Below, piece after piece: positions 48,461-57,909 of a DNA stretch of 64,000 nucleotides (positions are counted from its first letter, which is position 1; every line of letters starts with the position of its first letter). The stretch is taken from IMG/VR virus record IMGVR_UViG_3300033997_000092, positions 197,033 to 261,032 of that record; one strand, given 5' to 3'. The notes under the pieces were generated by a model. That model was not told the origin of the DNA. It ran no database searches and saw only the letters and a list, made by a program, of their open reading frames with translations. The translations under genes and the position numbers were made by a program.

Positions 48461-49029
48461 TGTCAGATGCACCAGCAAAATTTTTACCTGTTAAAGGTCG
48501 CGTATACACAACTAGCCAGATCGACAATGCGTTGGATCTACGAGACAGTCCTCATTTAGGTTTCTACAACATCGACAAGGTAAAGGATGTTGTTCAGGAT
48601 AGTCATTTGGCTGTCAATCTCAGCACTCTGCCTGGCTGGAAGGACCTGCGCTGGATATTTATTCGTGAAACACACGAATGGATTCCAATCTTCCAGATCG
48701 TGGAAGAAGATGAACCGAAGCTGTTAAAGCTGCTTCGGGAAAGCGATACTGAAGGTGAAGACGAAGAAGCCGTGTACTACCCACACATACCAGAGGGATT
48801 TGATGAAAAGGGCAGACCAGTTAAACCTGTGCATGTTCCTAAGACGTACACGTTGTACGATAAAGAACGGCATGTAGACACCGAAGAATCTCGTGGTCCG
48901 TTCAACTTACTGTCTCTGATTCACACCACTGATTGGTCTGACGAGGAGTTTGACAAAATCACCGATTTGACTGTTGGTCAAGTCGTTGAATTTGCCGAAG
49001 GTCGTCTGGTAGTAACTCGCGTGAGTTAA
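48460..49029 (+). CDS. Early protein with shared C-terminal module
   Basis: C-terminus WSDEEFDKITDLTVGQ...VVTRVS. Confidence 0.55.
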   Translation: MSDAPAKFLPVKGRVYTTSQIDNALDLRDSPHLGFYNIDKVKDVVQDSHLAVNLSTLPGWKDLRWIFIRETHEWIPIFQIVEEDEPKLLKLLRESDTEGEDEEAVYYPHIPEGFDEKGRPVKPVHVPKTYTLYDKERHVDTEESRGPFNLLSLIHTTDWSDEEFDKITDLTVGQVVEFAEGRLVVTRVS

Positions 49030-49035
49030 GATTAC

Positions 49036-49063
49036 TAATGGGCATTGTGTTCAGTGTCCATTG
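49036..49063 (+). other. Conserved intergenic RNA hairpin, copy 2
   Basis: TAATGGGCATT-gtgttc-AGTGTCCATTG. Confidence 0.75.
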
Positions 49064-49090
49064 TTAATACTCAAACAAAGGTAACAGGAT

Positions 49091-50239
49091 ATGCTACAAC
49101 ATTTTATAGTCTGCTTGATAGCAGGCTTCTTTATGTCGTTCTCGCGTTGGTTCAAACACAAAGATGCACCAGTTGACCCAAATGTACCAAAACACAGGCG
49201 GCCCCGACTAGAGGTAGTCAACTTTGAGAAGATAACACTCAAGGAATTTGGTATAAGCGCAATAGGCAATGTGTTTGTTGCTGCATTCAGTATGATATTC
49301 TTCTTCATCTACTTGACTACAGCCGCATCCGACTTTGAGATTTTGAATGGCCGTGTAACAGACAAACAGCGTGATGAAGTCAGTTGTAGCCATTCATACT
49401 CCTGCCCGCCTTGCCGTGACGTATGTACAAAACGCAGTGACGGAAGTAGGAGTTGTACACGGGAATGTTCAACGTGTTATAAACATCGTTATGATGTGGA
49501 CTGGGATGTGTTTACTACAGTAGGTACATTCACTATATCGCGTGGTCCTAACAATGAACAGGGATTAGATATGCCTCCGTACTGGGCGTCTTTACAAATA
49601 GGTGACCCAGCCTCGGCAGAACATACTTATGAAAACTTTTTGCTTATCGGCCAGAACAGCCTGAACTTCAAAGCCGAAAGTGTTGAAGAACGATTTGCAG
49701 GTTCGTTACACAAATACCCTGAAGTGTACAACTACTTTGATTATAACCGTGTACTCAACACAACCAAAGCAGGAACAAGCTGGCTCAATGATAAACTCAA
49801 TCGTTGGTTATCTGTCAAAGGCAGTCAGAAGCAGCTCAACATCATATACGTGTTGACTGAACAGAACCCTGAATACTTCTATGCCTTAATGTCGAAGTGG
49901 TCTGGCGGTAAAAAGAACGACTTGATTATAGTGATTGGTATGGACAACACAGGAAAAGAGATTCTTTGGTTCAATGCAAACACGTACGGTAAAGGCATGA
50001 ACAACCGCGAACTACTGACCGAACTGAAGTTTGCTTCTGTTGGTAAGCCGTTTGACGTAAGCTTGGTAGACAAGCATTTGGAATTAGTAGATGAAAAGTT
50101 TGTGCGTTTACCTGCAGAAACTTTCGCTCAGAAGAAATCTGAAGTTCAGATACCGCTGTGGTTCTCGCTTATCATGGCATCCTTAAATATGTTAGTTAGC
50201 TATTTCATTTCACGTAAAATGAGGGAAGTAAATTTATGA
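49091..50239 (+). CDS. Membrane protein with Cys-rich insert and TPM-like periplasmic domain
   Basis: N- and C-terminal TM helices; CSHSYSCPPC..C...C...C..C; W.GGKKNDLIIVIG. Confidence 0.6.
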   Translation: MLQHFIVCLIAGFFMSFSRWFKHKDAPVDPNVPKHRRPRLEVVNFEKITLKEFGISAIGNVFVAAFSMIFFFIYLTTAASDFEILNGRVTDKQRDEVSCSHSYSCPPCRDVCTKRSDGSRSCTRECSTCYKHRYDVDWDVFTTVGTFTISRGPNNEQGLDMPPYWASLQIGDPASAEHTYENFLLIGQNSLNFKAESVEERFAGSLHKYPEVYNYFDYNRVLNTTKAGTSWLNDKLNRWLSVKGSQKQLNIIYVLTEQNPEYFYALMSKWSGGKKNDLIIVIGMDNTGKEILWFNANTYGKGMNNRELLTELKFASVGKPFDVSLVDKHLELVDEKFVRLPAETFAQKKSEVQIPLWFSLIMASLNMLVSYFISRKMREVNL

Positions 50240-50817
50240 AAACGCAAAAAGGTTCGGCTCTGGGTATTATTCTGGGTGTGTTGGGTTTATTGTTTTTGGT
50301 TGTTGCTCTGATTGCAGCAATTTTCTTTCACTACAAAGACAGAGGCTCCGACTTCCAGGTCAAAATCGGTTCATCTTACCGTCTGGCTCAATCTTCATTG
50401 AGTAAGTACACACTCAAGATGCAGGATTTGAAGGGCCTGAAGAATATGGACACGCAGGCACTGAAGGATCTGTTAACTTCATCCAACACTTCACGTTACG
50501 GTGCAGACGGTTCTCAGGCTGCGGTACAGTGGTTGAAAGAAAACAACATTCCTGTCAACAACGAACTGGTAACAAAAATGGCTGTGTTGATTGACTCAGG
50601 CCGTGACGAATACGGTGTACAGCAGGAAAACTTAAATGCCGACTGTACCACATTCAAATATGAACTGGGTCGTAGCTGGAGCGGTCTGTGGTATTCAATC
50701 GCTGGTCGTCCTGATGAAAGCAACAAAAAAGAATTCAGCCTGTCTATGTGTGACCTGGTTCTGGATGCTGCTACAGTAGAAGCATACGAAACCAAACAAG
50801 CGAAGTCCGTGTTCTAA
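50236..50817 (+). CDS. LemA-like membrane-anchored helical protein
   Basis: MKTQKGS plus TM helix; QWLKENN...IDSGRDEY..QQ helical bundle pattern. Confidence 0.5.
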   Translation: MKTQKGSALGIILGVLGLLFLVVALIAAIFFHYKDRGSDFQVKIGSSYRLAQSSLSKYTLKMQDLKGLKNMDTQALKDLLTSSNTSRYGADGSQAAVQWLKENNIPVNNELVTKMAVLIDSGRDEYGVQQENLNADCTTFKYELGRSWSGLWYSIAGRPDESNKKEFSLSMCDLVLDAATVEAYETKQAKSVF

Positions 50818-50823
50818 CATTAC

Positions 50824-50851
50824 TAATAGGCATTCATAGTAGTGCCTATTG
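50824..50851 (+). other. Conserved intergenic RNA hairpin, copy 3
   Basis: TAATAGGCATT-catagt-AGTGCCTATTG. Confidence 0.75.
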
Positions 50852-50878
50852 TTGATGAACGAAAAAGGAAAACTAATC

Positions 50879-51253
50879 ATGTTAGTAGATGCAAAGAAAC
50901 TCAAAGCAGTAAAATTCTTGTCGATGCTGGACCAACTATACATTGACATTCTTGGTGCAGAGCCGAATACTATGGAACCAAACTCTCTGGTAGTGTTCAC
51001 GCAGTTTGCCGACTTAATAGATGACAATACGGAACAAAACATCCGTAACTTGTTTGAAGGCACGATTGACCTTGCGTGGACAATACAAGAAAACAGAACA
51101 TCGGTTCCGTTTTATTCGCAGGGCATTGCTGTATTCATTATCTATTTACTTAAACGTCACTGCAACCGTTTGAAAGCAGACTGGCCATTAGAGTGGCGTT
51201 TGCTTTCAGCCGTCGCTACAAACATCGGCGTATCATTGCGCGAAGGCGACTAA
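50879..51253 (+). CDS. Early hypothetical protein (start revised)
   Basis: RBS AAGGA before MLVDAKK. Confidence 0.5.
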   Translation: MLVDAKKLKAVKFLSMLDQLYIDILGAEPNTMEPNSLVVFTQFADLIDDNTEQNIRNLFEGTIDLAWTIQENRTSVPFYSQGIAVFIIYLLKRHCNRLKADWPLEWRLLSAVATNIGVSLREGD

Positions 51254-51281
51254 ATCAAATCTAAATTTTATCGAGGTATTT

Positions 51282-51914
51282 ATGAAAGTTTTAAGAATTG
51301 CTGTTGAAGGCAAACGTGTAGAAAAACCGCGCTGGACAAAAGAGACACCTGAAGAAAGACTGGCGAGTGAGCGTTTACCTACGTTCACCGTGTTCGGTAC
51401 TTCTGACAGAACAGACCCACGTATGCACATGGATATTATGGCAACGGCATCCATAATCCGTGGTGCTGCTGGTGCCCTGGGCGTGTCTCCTGAAGTGTTT
51501 ACGTCTGAGTTTAACTTTGAACGAAGTGACCACGAAGACAATATGCACACAATACACTTCTTACCAAAAGTAAAGCCTGGTGTACTGGCGCATCTGCAAT
51601 TTCCTGGCGATGACGAACCCCATCTAGTAATGGTTATTGCTGAAGTTCTGGAACGTCAAGGTGTAGTTTGGGAAAAACACGAACCTAATCGAGAAATCCG
51701 TCTTCTCAACAAGATTGATTTGCCTGATACAAACGCCCGTATACAATTTCCACAAGTTGACGGTTGGGTAGTAGCCAGTGTTATCAAAGAAGTAAAAAAC
51801 ACCAACGCCAGATCCATCCACAGTGCGAAATGGGAACCAGGTTTGGTGATTGGCAGTGATTGGTTCTTTGTAACGCATGAATCTCTGACACCTATTGATT
51901 TTGCTCAATGGTGA
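51282..51914 (+). CDS. Early hypothetical protein
   Basis: RBS GAGGT; 210 aa. Confidence 0.55.
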   Translation: MKVLRIAVEGKRVEKPRWTKETPEERLASERLPTFTVFGTSDRTDPRMHMDIMATASIIRGAAGALGVSPEVFTSEFNFERSDHEDNMHTIHFLPKVKPGVLAHLQFPGDDEPHLVMVIAEVLERQGVVWEKHEPNREIRLLNKIDLPDTNARIQFPQVDGWVVASVIKEVKNTNARSIHSAKWEPGLVIGSDWFFVTHESLTPIDFAQW

Positions 51915-51917
51915 TTT

Positions 51918-52094
51918 ATGTCAAACAGTGAAAAATCATTTGTAGTATCTACGCCGTTTAGCGAAGTGGTTATGTCACACCGTGATGTGCTGCGTAAATT
52001 CAAGTTCACGCCTGCTCAGAGTAAAACATTCTCTGGATTAGGCATCAATTCAACGATGTCAGTAGGCAAAACTAACATCAAGCGTAAGGAATAA
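51918..52094 (+). CDS. 58-aa protein, probable stand-alone copy of the shared C-terminal module (not in ORF track)
   Basis: MSNSEKSFVVSTPFSEVVMSHRDVLRKFKFTPAQSKTFSGLGINSTMSVGKTNIKRKE*; fills the operon gap. Confidence 0.6.
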   Translation: MSNSEKSFVVSTPFSEVVMSHRDVLRKFKFTPAQSKTFSGLGINSTMSVGKTNIKRKE

Positions 52095-52098
52095 CAAA

Positions 52099-52734
52099 AT
52101 GAAACCAGCTAACAATGCTCCTATGTACGCTGCACTGTATCCTGAATTGGCTGAGATATGCCGTAGCTTTGGTTATGCGCTTGCTGTTCACGGCACTATG
52201 TCACGCGATTTTGATATTGTGGCAATACCGTGGGCAGAAACAATGTCAGGCGGACCTGAAGACGTAGTTAAAGCGATCTGCAAACGCTTTGCAGTAAACA
52301 AAGTCTCGGGCGACCCAGTGATTATGAATCACGGACGAATCTGCTACAATTTGGCACTAATGGGTGAGTTCTTTTTCGACCTCAGTTTCATAGCAACTGA
52401 TTCTCCTGCTGTTAAGCTACGCGCAGGCCTGAACCAAGCTATCGAACTACTGGCTACTGCACTGCATGAGCCTGAGCAGATCACCGAAGAAGAAATCCAT
52501 GAGCTGCGTACTCTGGAACGTGAATCGGTCGGTGACTCTACTCCGATATGTGTACGACGTTTCACGTTGACTGTTGACGAAGATGCCGAAGATGTCTCTT
52601 ATGCTGCTATCAGAAAAAGAGCCGATGCTTTGGACCTGAATGATGAAGATCTGACAAACATTGCTCGCCTTGATGTTCAGGAAGAGCTTCCGATTCACGA
52701 AAATCCAATAGTTATAATCACCCGTATTGCATAA
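52099..52734 (+). CDS. Nucleotidyltransferase-fold-like N-domain plus shared C-terminal module
   Basis: GYALAVHGTMSRDFDIVAIPW (G[ST]..RDxD-like); C-terminus LNDEDLTNIARLDV...IITRIA. Confidence 0.55.
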   Translation: MKPANNAPMYAALYPELAEICRSFGYALAVHGTMSRDFDIVAIPWAETMSGGPEDVVKAICKRFAVNKVSGDPVIMNHGRICYNLALMGEFFFDLSFIATDSPAVKLRAGLNQAIELLATALHEPEQITEEEIHELRTLERESVGDSTPICVRRFTLTVDEDAEDVSYAAIRKRADALDLNDEDLTNIARLDVQEELPIHENPIVIITRIA

Positions 52735-52745
52735 GGAAACAGGCA

Positions 52746-53246
52746 ATGAAAGAATTCCACATTTTAACACACGAAAAAGAAATTCTCCGTGTAGTAGAAC
52801 GCAACTTAGTTGCTATTGAAGGTGTATTATGTATGCGGGCATATGCACCTAACGGTACTGTTATCAATGTAGCCGAATCTCGCATTGTCTACGGACACGA
52901 AGACACGCAAGTTTTAGAAACGATGCGTACTGGTAAAGTCAAAGTAAAAGACGTTGCCAGTTGGTGGCTGGGCTATATTGCTGTTTGCAGTGAGTTAGGT
53001 CCGTACAAAGAATACCGCGGCCGTGTTGCGAAAATCTGCGACGAACTTATTGAATTTGACAAACAGCTTCCACACATAGATGAACGTACTACGGAAGACG
53101 GTGCGAATGCCGCTGGCTATATGCAACGCATCTGGAGTACGCTTCCTGATGACCCAAGTATACACCGTCTGCCTCGCTGGTCATTATTGTGCGACCTGTG
53201 CAGTGAGTCGTGGGTATTTGAATTTGGAGAAAATGAAGATGATTGA
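52746..53246 (+). CDS. Hypothetical protein
   Basis: 166-aa ORF with RBS. Confidence 0.5.
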   Translation: MKEFHILTHEKEILRVVERNLVAIEGVLCMRAYAPNGTVINVAESRIVYGHEDTQVLETMRTGKVKVKDVASWWLGYIAVCSELGPYKEYRGRVAKICDELIEFDKQLPHIDERTTEDGANAAGYMQRIWSTLPDDPSIHRLPRWSLLCDLCSESWVFEFGENEDD

Positions 53247-53424
53247 AGCACAACTATTTGACCGTGTCAGAAAGATAGCCCGGTCTTCACACGTAGCGAT
53301 AATCACAGCTAGGGCGGACCAACCTAGCATGCGTGGTCCTGCTGATGTTTGGGTATTTACTCAACCGTCGAAGATAAATCCTGACGCTGTGTTTACTGTT
53401 ACACGCACTAAGCAACGTAAATAA
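53233..53424 (+). CDS. Small hypothetical protein (start revised)
   Basis: RBS GGAG; bridges the neighbouring genes. Confidence 0.4.
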   Translation: MKMIEAQLFDRVRKIARSSHVAIITARADQPSMRGPADVWVFTQPSKINPDAVFTVTRTKQRK

Positions 53425-53486
53425 TGTTCATGCGTATTCATTGGAGTACGCATTATAGATTGTTTAACTGGATAGGAAGGTTAAGT

Positions 53487-54146
53487 ATGTTAAAAGAACA
53501 CAAAGAGGATTTGGTACGTCAGTACCTGCCTACAATCAAAAGAATTGCGTACAGCCTGTTACGCAAATTGCCAAACACAATTCAGTTTGATGATTTGGTG
53601 CAGGCTGGGTCGATAGGTTTGCTTGAGTCGTTAGACAGATATGACCCAAATAACGAGGCTTCGTTTGGTACATTTGCTGGCATCCGTATTCATGGAGCTA
53701 TGCTTGATGAAGTGCGCCATAGCTCGTGGATTCCAAAGAACCTATATGCCAGACAGAAGTATGTCACAAGCGTATACGATTCTTTGGAGTCTACACTGTT
53801 TCGTAAACCGTCTTTGCCTGAGCTGGCTGAAGCACTGAATATGACTGTAGCCGAACTCAATGCCGAGTCTACTGCGCTTGGTCTTGAGATAGTTTACGGC
53901 AATAGCGTTGACTATCAATATGTTGACAATCAAGACCCTGTGGAGGAACAACAGTTTTACACCGACTTAGCTAAATCTGTTTTAGATTTGCCTGACAGGT
54001 ATTTGATGTTGATGCGTCTTTACTACTCTGCGGACAAAAACATGAAAGAGATTGGTGCAGCGTTGAATGTTAGCGAATCACGTATTTGTATCATGCACCG
54101 TACTGCTATCAAAATGGTTCAATCATCTATGCACAACTGGATTTAA
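53487..54146 (+). CDS. fliA: FliA/WhiG (sigma-28)-family RNA polymerase sigma factor
   Basis: DDLVQAGSIGLLE..DRYD....F.TFA.IRIHGAMLDEVR..WIP; region 4 LYY...NMKEIGAALNVSESRIC.MH; start at MLKEH after RBS AGGAAGG. Confidence 0.88.
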   Translation: MLKEHKEDLVRQYLPTIKRIAYSLLRKLPNTIQFDDLVQAGSIGLLESLDRYDPNNEASFGTFAGIRIHGAMLDEVRHSSWIPKNLYARQKYVTSVYDSLESTLFRKPSLPELAEALNMTVAELNAESTALGLEIVYGNSVDYQYVDNQDPVEEQQFYTDLAKSVLDLPDRYLMLMRLYYSADKNMKEIGAALNVSESRICIMHRTAIKMVQSSMHNWI

Positions 54147-54148
54147 TT

Positions 54149-54802
54149 ATGGAAACTTTAAACGATATTAAACAACTGTTTCACATGACTTTGATTCTGA
54201 TGTTTAACAAACACTGGAGGACGGTTTGTATTTTCTTGTGTCTGGCACTAGGTTTCTTTGGTTGGGGAAATATTTTGCTTTTCATTGTTGTAAGCGTCTG
54301 TGCCCAAGTTATGTATTTGCAAAACATAGATAAGCGGGAATTGGTACGGATGTGTAAGTTGACGTGCCATATATTACTGCCTGTCGCCATACTTACGACA
54401 ATCGTTATATCCGTGGCAATGTATTGGGGTCCAGCAGGTGAGCCTCCATCGGAAGTAGTCATAGAGACTATGAATAGTATACACACTACTATGCTTGGTA
54501 TTGCCATGTGTTTGCTGTCAGGCGCTATTATAGTCAATACTTACAGTGAATATGTTTCATTTGATAGAGGCTTTAACGTGGTATTCGGAACTCTGCTCAG
54601 GAAACCTGAAAGCCGCATTCCGTTTGTGTTGATAAGTGGCATCGAAATAGCCTTCATTATTCTGGAATTGACTTTCTATGTAGGTGTGCCTCTGATGGTA
54701 TCATGGGTACTGATGTATGTTTATGATATGCGTGTATTGCGTAAATCAAAACAGAAATCAAAGTCAGGTGTCGATAAGTTTATTCCAGCATTGCAAAATT
54801 AA
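54149..54802 (+). CDS. Polytopic membrane protein
   Basis: Five to six hydrophobic segments. Confidence 0.55.
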   Translation: METLNDIKQLFHMTLILMFNKHWRTVCIFLCLALGFFGWGNILLFIVVSVCAQVMYLQNIDKRELVRMCKLTCHILLPVAILTTIVISVAMYWGPAGEPPSEVVIETMNSIHTTMLGIAMCLLSGAIIVNTYSEYVSFDRGFNVVFGTLLRKPESRIPFVLISGIEIAFIILELTFYVGVPLMVSWVLMYVYDMRVLRKSKQKSKSGVDKFIPALQN

Positions 54803-54813
54803 AGGACAGCATC

Positions 54814-55290
54814 ATGGACTTGAGCCAAGTTAAAGAGCTATTCACTTACCTGAATTGCAACAATGTTTCTTACAAGTTCTTCACCGAAACTTGGTACATG
54901 GAAATTGAAGTGAAGCTTCAAGACACTACAATCAAATTTCTTGTTGAAGAACAGCACACGGCGTTGGGCAAAATCGTACTCAATCTTTTGGTTGAAGAAC
55001 CTTCAGGCTTCAATATGTTGTGTGCCGACGTTAGCTTTAAACTTAGCAGTGATCGAGGCTTAATAGATCACATTGCTCAGTATATTGGTAAGTTGGCTTA
55101 TTTACGTTATCGTGAGGGCAAATACATTGTTGTGAAAGAAACGATGGTCACAGAGAAACACGAAGTCGTTTTCTACGACAGCTTCCTTAATCATCTACAT
55201 GCCGCTGGCTTTATAACAACGGACTATTTCCAGCAACTGGAAGTTTCCTCACAAAAGGTAACAGTGTTTGTCGAATATGAGGAACAGTAA
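54814..55290 (+). CDS. Hypothetical protein
   Basis: ORF with RBS. Confidence 0.5.
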   Translation: MDLSQVKELFTYLNCNNVSYKFFTETWYMEIEVKLQDTTIKFLVEEQHTALGKIVLNLLVEEPSGFNMLCADVSFKLSSDRGLIDHIAQYIGKLAYLRYREGKYIVVKETMVTEKHEVVFYDSFLNHLHAAGFITTDYFQQLEVSSQKVTVFVEYEEQ

Positions 55291-55622
55291 TGGACGCACT
55301 CATTTGCCAACAAGCAATGTCCAAGTGTATGCTTATGATAAGCACCAGCAAAGAAGAACACAAAGACACTGTTGCCCGTTATTTCAGTCTTGCTCGTTCA
55401 GCGGTATTCAAGTTCTGTGGTGATGGACCTGAATGGGATCATGTGCTTGCTGCCCATAACAATGCACTCTATATGTTCCGTGAGAAGTTCGGTGAGTTTC
55501 GACACACTAATCGTATAGAATACAAGAGCAGACACTTAGGACGCAGTGTGTATCTGGTGACTAAAAACAATTCTATCATTGGATTTATAAGCGATGACAA
55601 TATACAAAATCCCAGTAGCTGA
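55290..55622 (+). CDS. Hypothetical protein
   Basis: Stop/start overlap. Confidence 0.5.
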   Translation: MDALICQQAMSKCMLMISTSKEEHKDTVARYFSLARSAVFKFCGDGPEWDHVLAAHNNALYMFREKFGEFRHTNRIEYKSRHLGRSVYLVTKNNSIIGFISDDNIQNPSS

Positions 55623-56253
55623 CTTTCCTAAATACGCGAGCTTGGTTCCTGCGAAGCATGTCGTTGTATCCGGTCCTGAATATGAAAACACTTACGACCC
55701 AAAAGTCGGCATCTGCGTTGTTAAAAATGTAGCTACGTCAGGCAAAGAGTATGTAAACTTTTCGGACTATTGCCACGAAGTTGCACACGCTGTATTGTTT
55801 GTGTTGACTGGACAGACGCACAGGCTAAGCATGCCTGAGTTTGGCATGCAAAATCCGATGGATTCAAAAGCTTGCCAATCTATGCGTATACTGGAAGTTG
55901 AAACACAGGTATTGGCTATACAGGCTGTGCTTCTGCAACAGTCTGGTATTCGATTCTGTAAATCTTCAATGTATAGAAAAGAATGTCAAGGGTTCCGACG
56001 ACTGAGCTTTGGTACGGATAGGCAGTGCCATTCAGATTTCCTGCCGATAAAAACAAAGATGCCTGTGGCACTTGAGCAGTATCTCGCGGAACACAAGTTT
56101 GTCAAAGGCAATCCTACAATGGAAGCGATGCACGACATCTGGACGTATCGTAGAACAAAAGCACAATTGACTATGCTTATGCAGATGACCAAGAAAGCAG
56201 AAGCCACGTATACAAAAGACCAGATTCAAGAAGCTCTGGCTCAATTACAATAA
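55594..56253 (+). CDS. HExxH metalloprotein (EpmC-like motif), paralogue of 60283..60948
   Basis: DYCHEVAH...HRL.MPEFG...EVETQV.AIQ. Confidence 0.55.
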   Translation: MTIYKIPVADFPKYASLVPAKHVVVSGPEYENTYDPKVGICVVKNVATSGKEYVNFSDYCHEVAHAVLFVLTGQTHRLSMPEFGMQNPMDSKACQSMRILEVETQVLAIQAVLLQQSGIRFCKSSMYRKECQGFRRLSFGTDRQCHSDFLPIKTKMPVALEQYLAEHKFVKGNPTMEAMHDIWTYRRTKAQLTMLMQMTKKAEATYTKDQIQEALAQLQ

Positions 56254-56254
56254 G

Positions 56255-56920
56255 GTGAACCGAATGAACGATGCCGTCATATTGAAATGCACAGAAGCAC
56301 GCCCAGTAGTGTGGTTAGAGTTGTCCATTTTGCCTAAGCGGTCTCCTATATGGCTACCACGTTTAATAACTGACCCGAATGACGAAGTTATACTGCGTGG
56401 TCTTGGATTGAAAGTTAACTATCTTGGTGACACATTGCTTGCTGACATGGGACCAAATTTAGAGGATTTTCATAATCCTAAATTTGAGTTGCTTCCTACA
56501 CAGCACATTTACTTTACCGATTCACATACTGCCAGTGAGAAGCGTTCGACAGCCAATTACTTTTTCGCGGACCACCTTATCCAAGTGAAGCCTGCTTCAG
56601 TGTTGGATGAAAATAAAGTCGAGTTGTTGCTGTGTAAATATAAGCTGACTATGAACTACAGTGGACACGGACATCCTAAACGTGAAGCGGTTATGGTCTG
56701 TTACGGCAAGTTACCTGATATTCCTACTGAGTGGCAGAATAGTTCTGAATACAGTAAAATTCTCGCTGAGTTTGATAGAAAACAAAACATAACTACGTTG
56801 GGCTCTTTTTTAGAGGCACCATGGGACACACACTTAGGCAGATGCAATCCTATACAGCAAAAGCTGCTGGAAAAGTTTGTAGAGATTAAATCAGGTACTA
56901 AAAGTGAAGGTGCTGTATGA
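56255..56920 (+). CDS. Hypothetical protein
   Basis: 221-aa ORF. Confidence 0.5.
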   Translation: MNRMNDAVILKCTEARPVVWLELSILPKRSPIWLPRLITDPNDEVILRGLGLKVNYLGDTLLADMGPNLEDFHNPKFELLPTQHIYFTDSHTASEKRSTANYFFADHLIQVKPASVLDENKVELLLCKYKLTMNYSGHGHPKREAVMVCYGKLPDIPTEWQNSSEYSKILAEFDRKQNITTLGSFLEAPWDTHLGRCNPIQQKLLEKFVEIKSGTKSEGAV

Positions 56921-57450
56921 TAAAGACAAGCAGAACTATAAGCAATCGGGTCTGGCTTGTCTCAGGTAGCTTCTGTGCTATGCGCTGGAGTGTGTGGAAA
57001 CAGTCAGGTCAGCCTGAAGGAATCGAAGGCTACTTGGAGCTAACTGACGGCAGGACAACAGTTCACATCCACAGTGCCGATCCTGCTGCTGTAGGAAAAG
57101 AGAAGTCGCTAGAGGATTTCGTAGCTAAGTTGAATATAATGCTACAGATGCTTGGCAATTTCATCAAAATAGATCCAACCAAAGACACTGACTTTGTTGA
57201 TAGAGTCTGGTTGAATCCAGAAGAAAGCCACTTCTCCGGATCTATGGTAGTTTATTTGAAGCATATAAACGACAAAGAATACCATTTAGGGTTGAAGATT
57301 TCCTGCTGTAAGTATTCTTTAACCTTCTATCCACACAATAGTAGTACAGTCACAAAAACTAAGTTGATTGCAAAACGTATCAGTGTCCAGATTAACAAGA
57401 TGCTTGATGCCATCAACGAACTGAATCAGTACAAAGACCCTCTGGTCTAA
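56917..57450 (+). CDS. Hypothetical protein with an apparent internal duplication
   Basis: NRVWL..SGS...YLELTDG..TV.IH repeated as DRVWL..FSGS...LKISCC..SL.FY. Confidence 0.5.
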   Translation: MIKTSRTISNRVWLVSGSFCAMRWSVWKQSGQPEGIEGYLELTDGRTTVHIHSADPAAVGKEKSLEDFVAKLNIMLQMLGNFIKIDPTKDTDFVDRVWLNPEESHFSGSMVVYLKHINDKEYHLGLKISCCKYSLTFYPHNSSTVTKTKLIAKRISVQINKMLDAINELNQYKDPLV

Positions 57451-57481
57451 CTGTAACGGCAATACTGCCACAAGATGCCAC

Positions 57482-57793
57482 ATGCAAGGCAAACAAACGG
57501 AGACATTTATGTCAGAACAAATCAAAGCACTGAAACAAGAAGGCTACGCTGTGATTGAGACCTCACAGATTGTAGAAGGCACAGCTTACAAAAAGCTGGA
57601 CGGCAATATACTGGACCTGCATGAAAAGGGACACAGCCGTATTGCTGTAGTTACGAATGCAGACAATCCACATCTGGGCGACCTGCAGCACAGAGCAGAC
57701 CGTTTAGCTAAAGTGATTCCAGGTCTTCAGGTAGTCGTCCACGCTGGTACGCAAGTCGTAGCACCATGCTACTCTGAGCAAGCAGAACAGTAA
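57482..57793 (+). CDS. Hypothetical protein
   Basis: Last gene before the terminator. Confidence 0.5.
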   Translation: MQGKQTETFMSEQIKALKQEGYAVIETSQIVEGTAYKKLDGNILDLHEKGHSRIAVVTNADNPHLGDLQHRADRLAKVIPGLQVVVHAGTQVVAPCYSEQAEQ

Positions 57794-57801
57794 ATCGTGT
57801 G

Positions 57802-57825
57802 AAAGGAGCCTCAGCGCTCCTTTTT
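57802..57825 (+). terminator. Rho-independent terminator
   Basis: AAAGGAGC-CTCAGC-GCTCCTTTTT. Confidence 0.8.
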
Positions 57826-57848
57826 GCGTTTCTACGGCATATAGCACG

Positions 57849-57909
57849 TATCTCTGTTATCCGTAGCAAAAACAGGCTATTGACATCCGGTTAAATTCCA
57901 TGCTATAAT
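57849..57909 (+). promoter_or_regulatory. Sigma70-type early promoter with the conserved 28-bp upstream element
   Basis: TATCTCTGTTATCCGTAGCAAAAACAGG-CTA-TTGACA(57880)-18 bp-TATAAT(57904), extended -10 TG. Confidence 0.85.

Noticed and set aside
39900-56050. GCCGATAA sigma-28 -10 matches at about 39900, 41565 and 56043
   Set aside because: All lie within coding sequence and lack a correctly spaced TAAA -35
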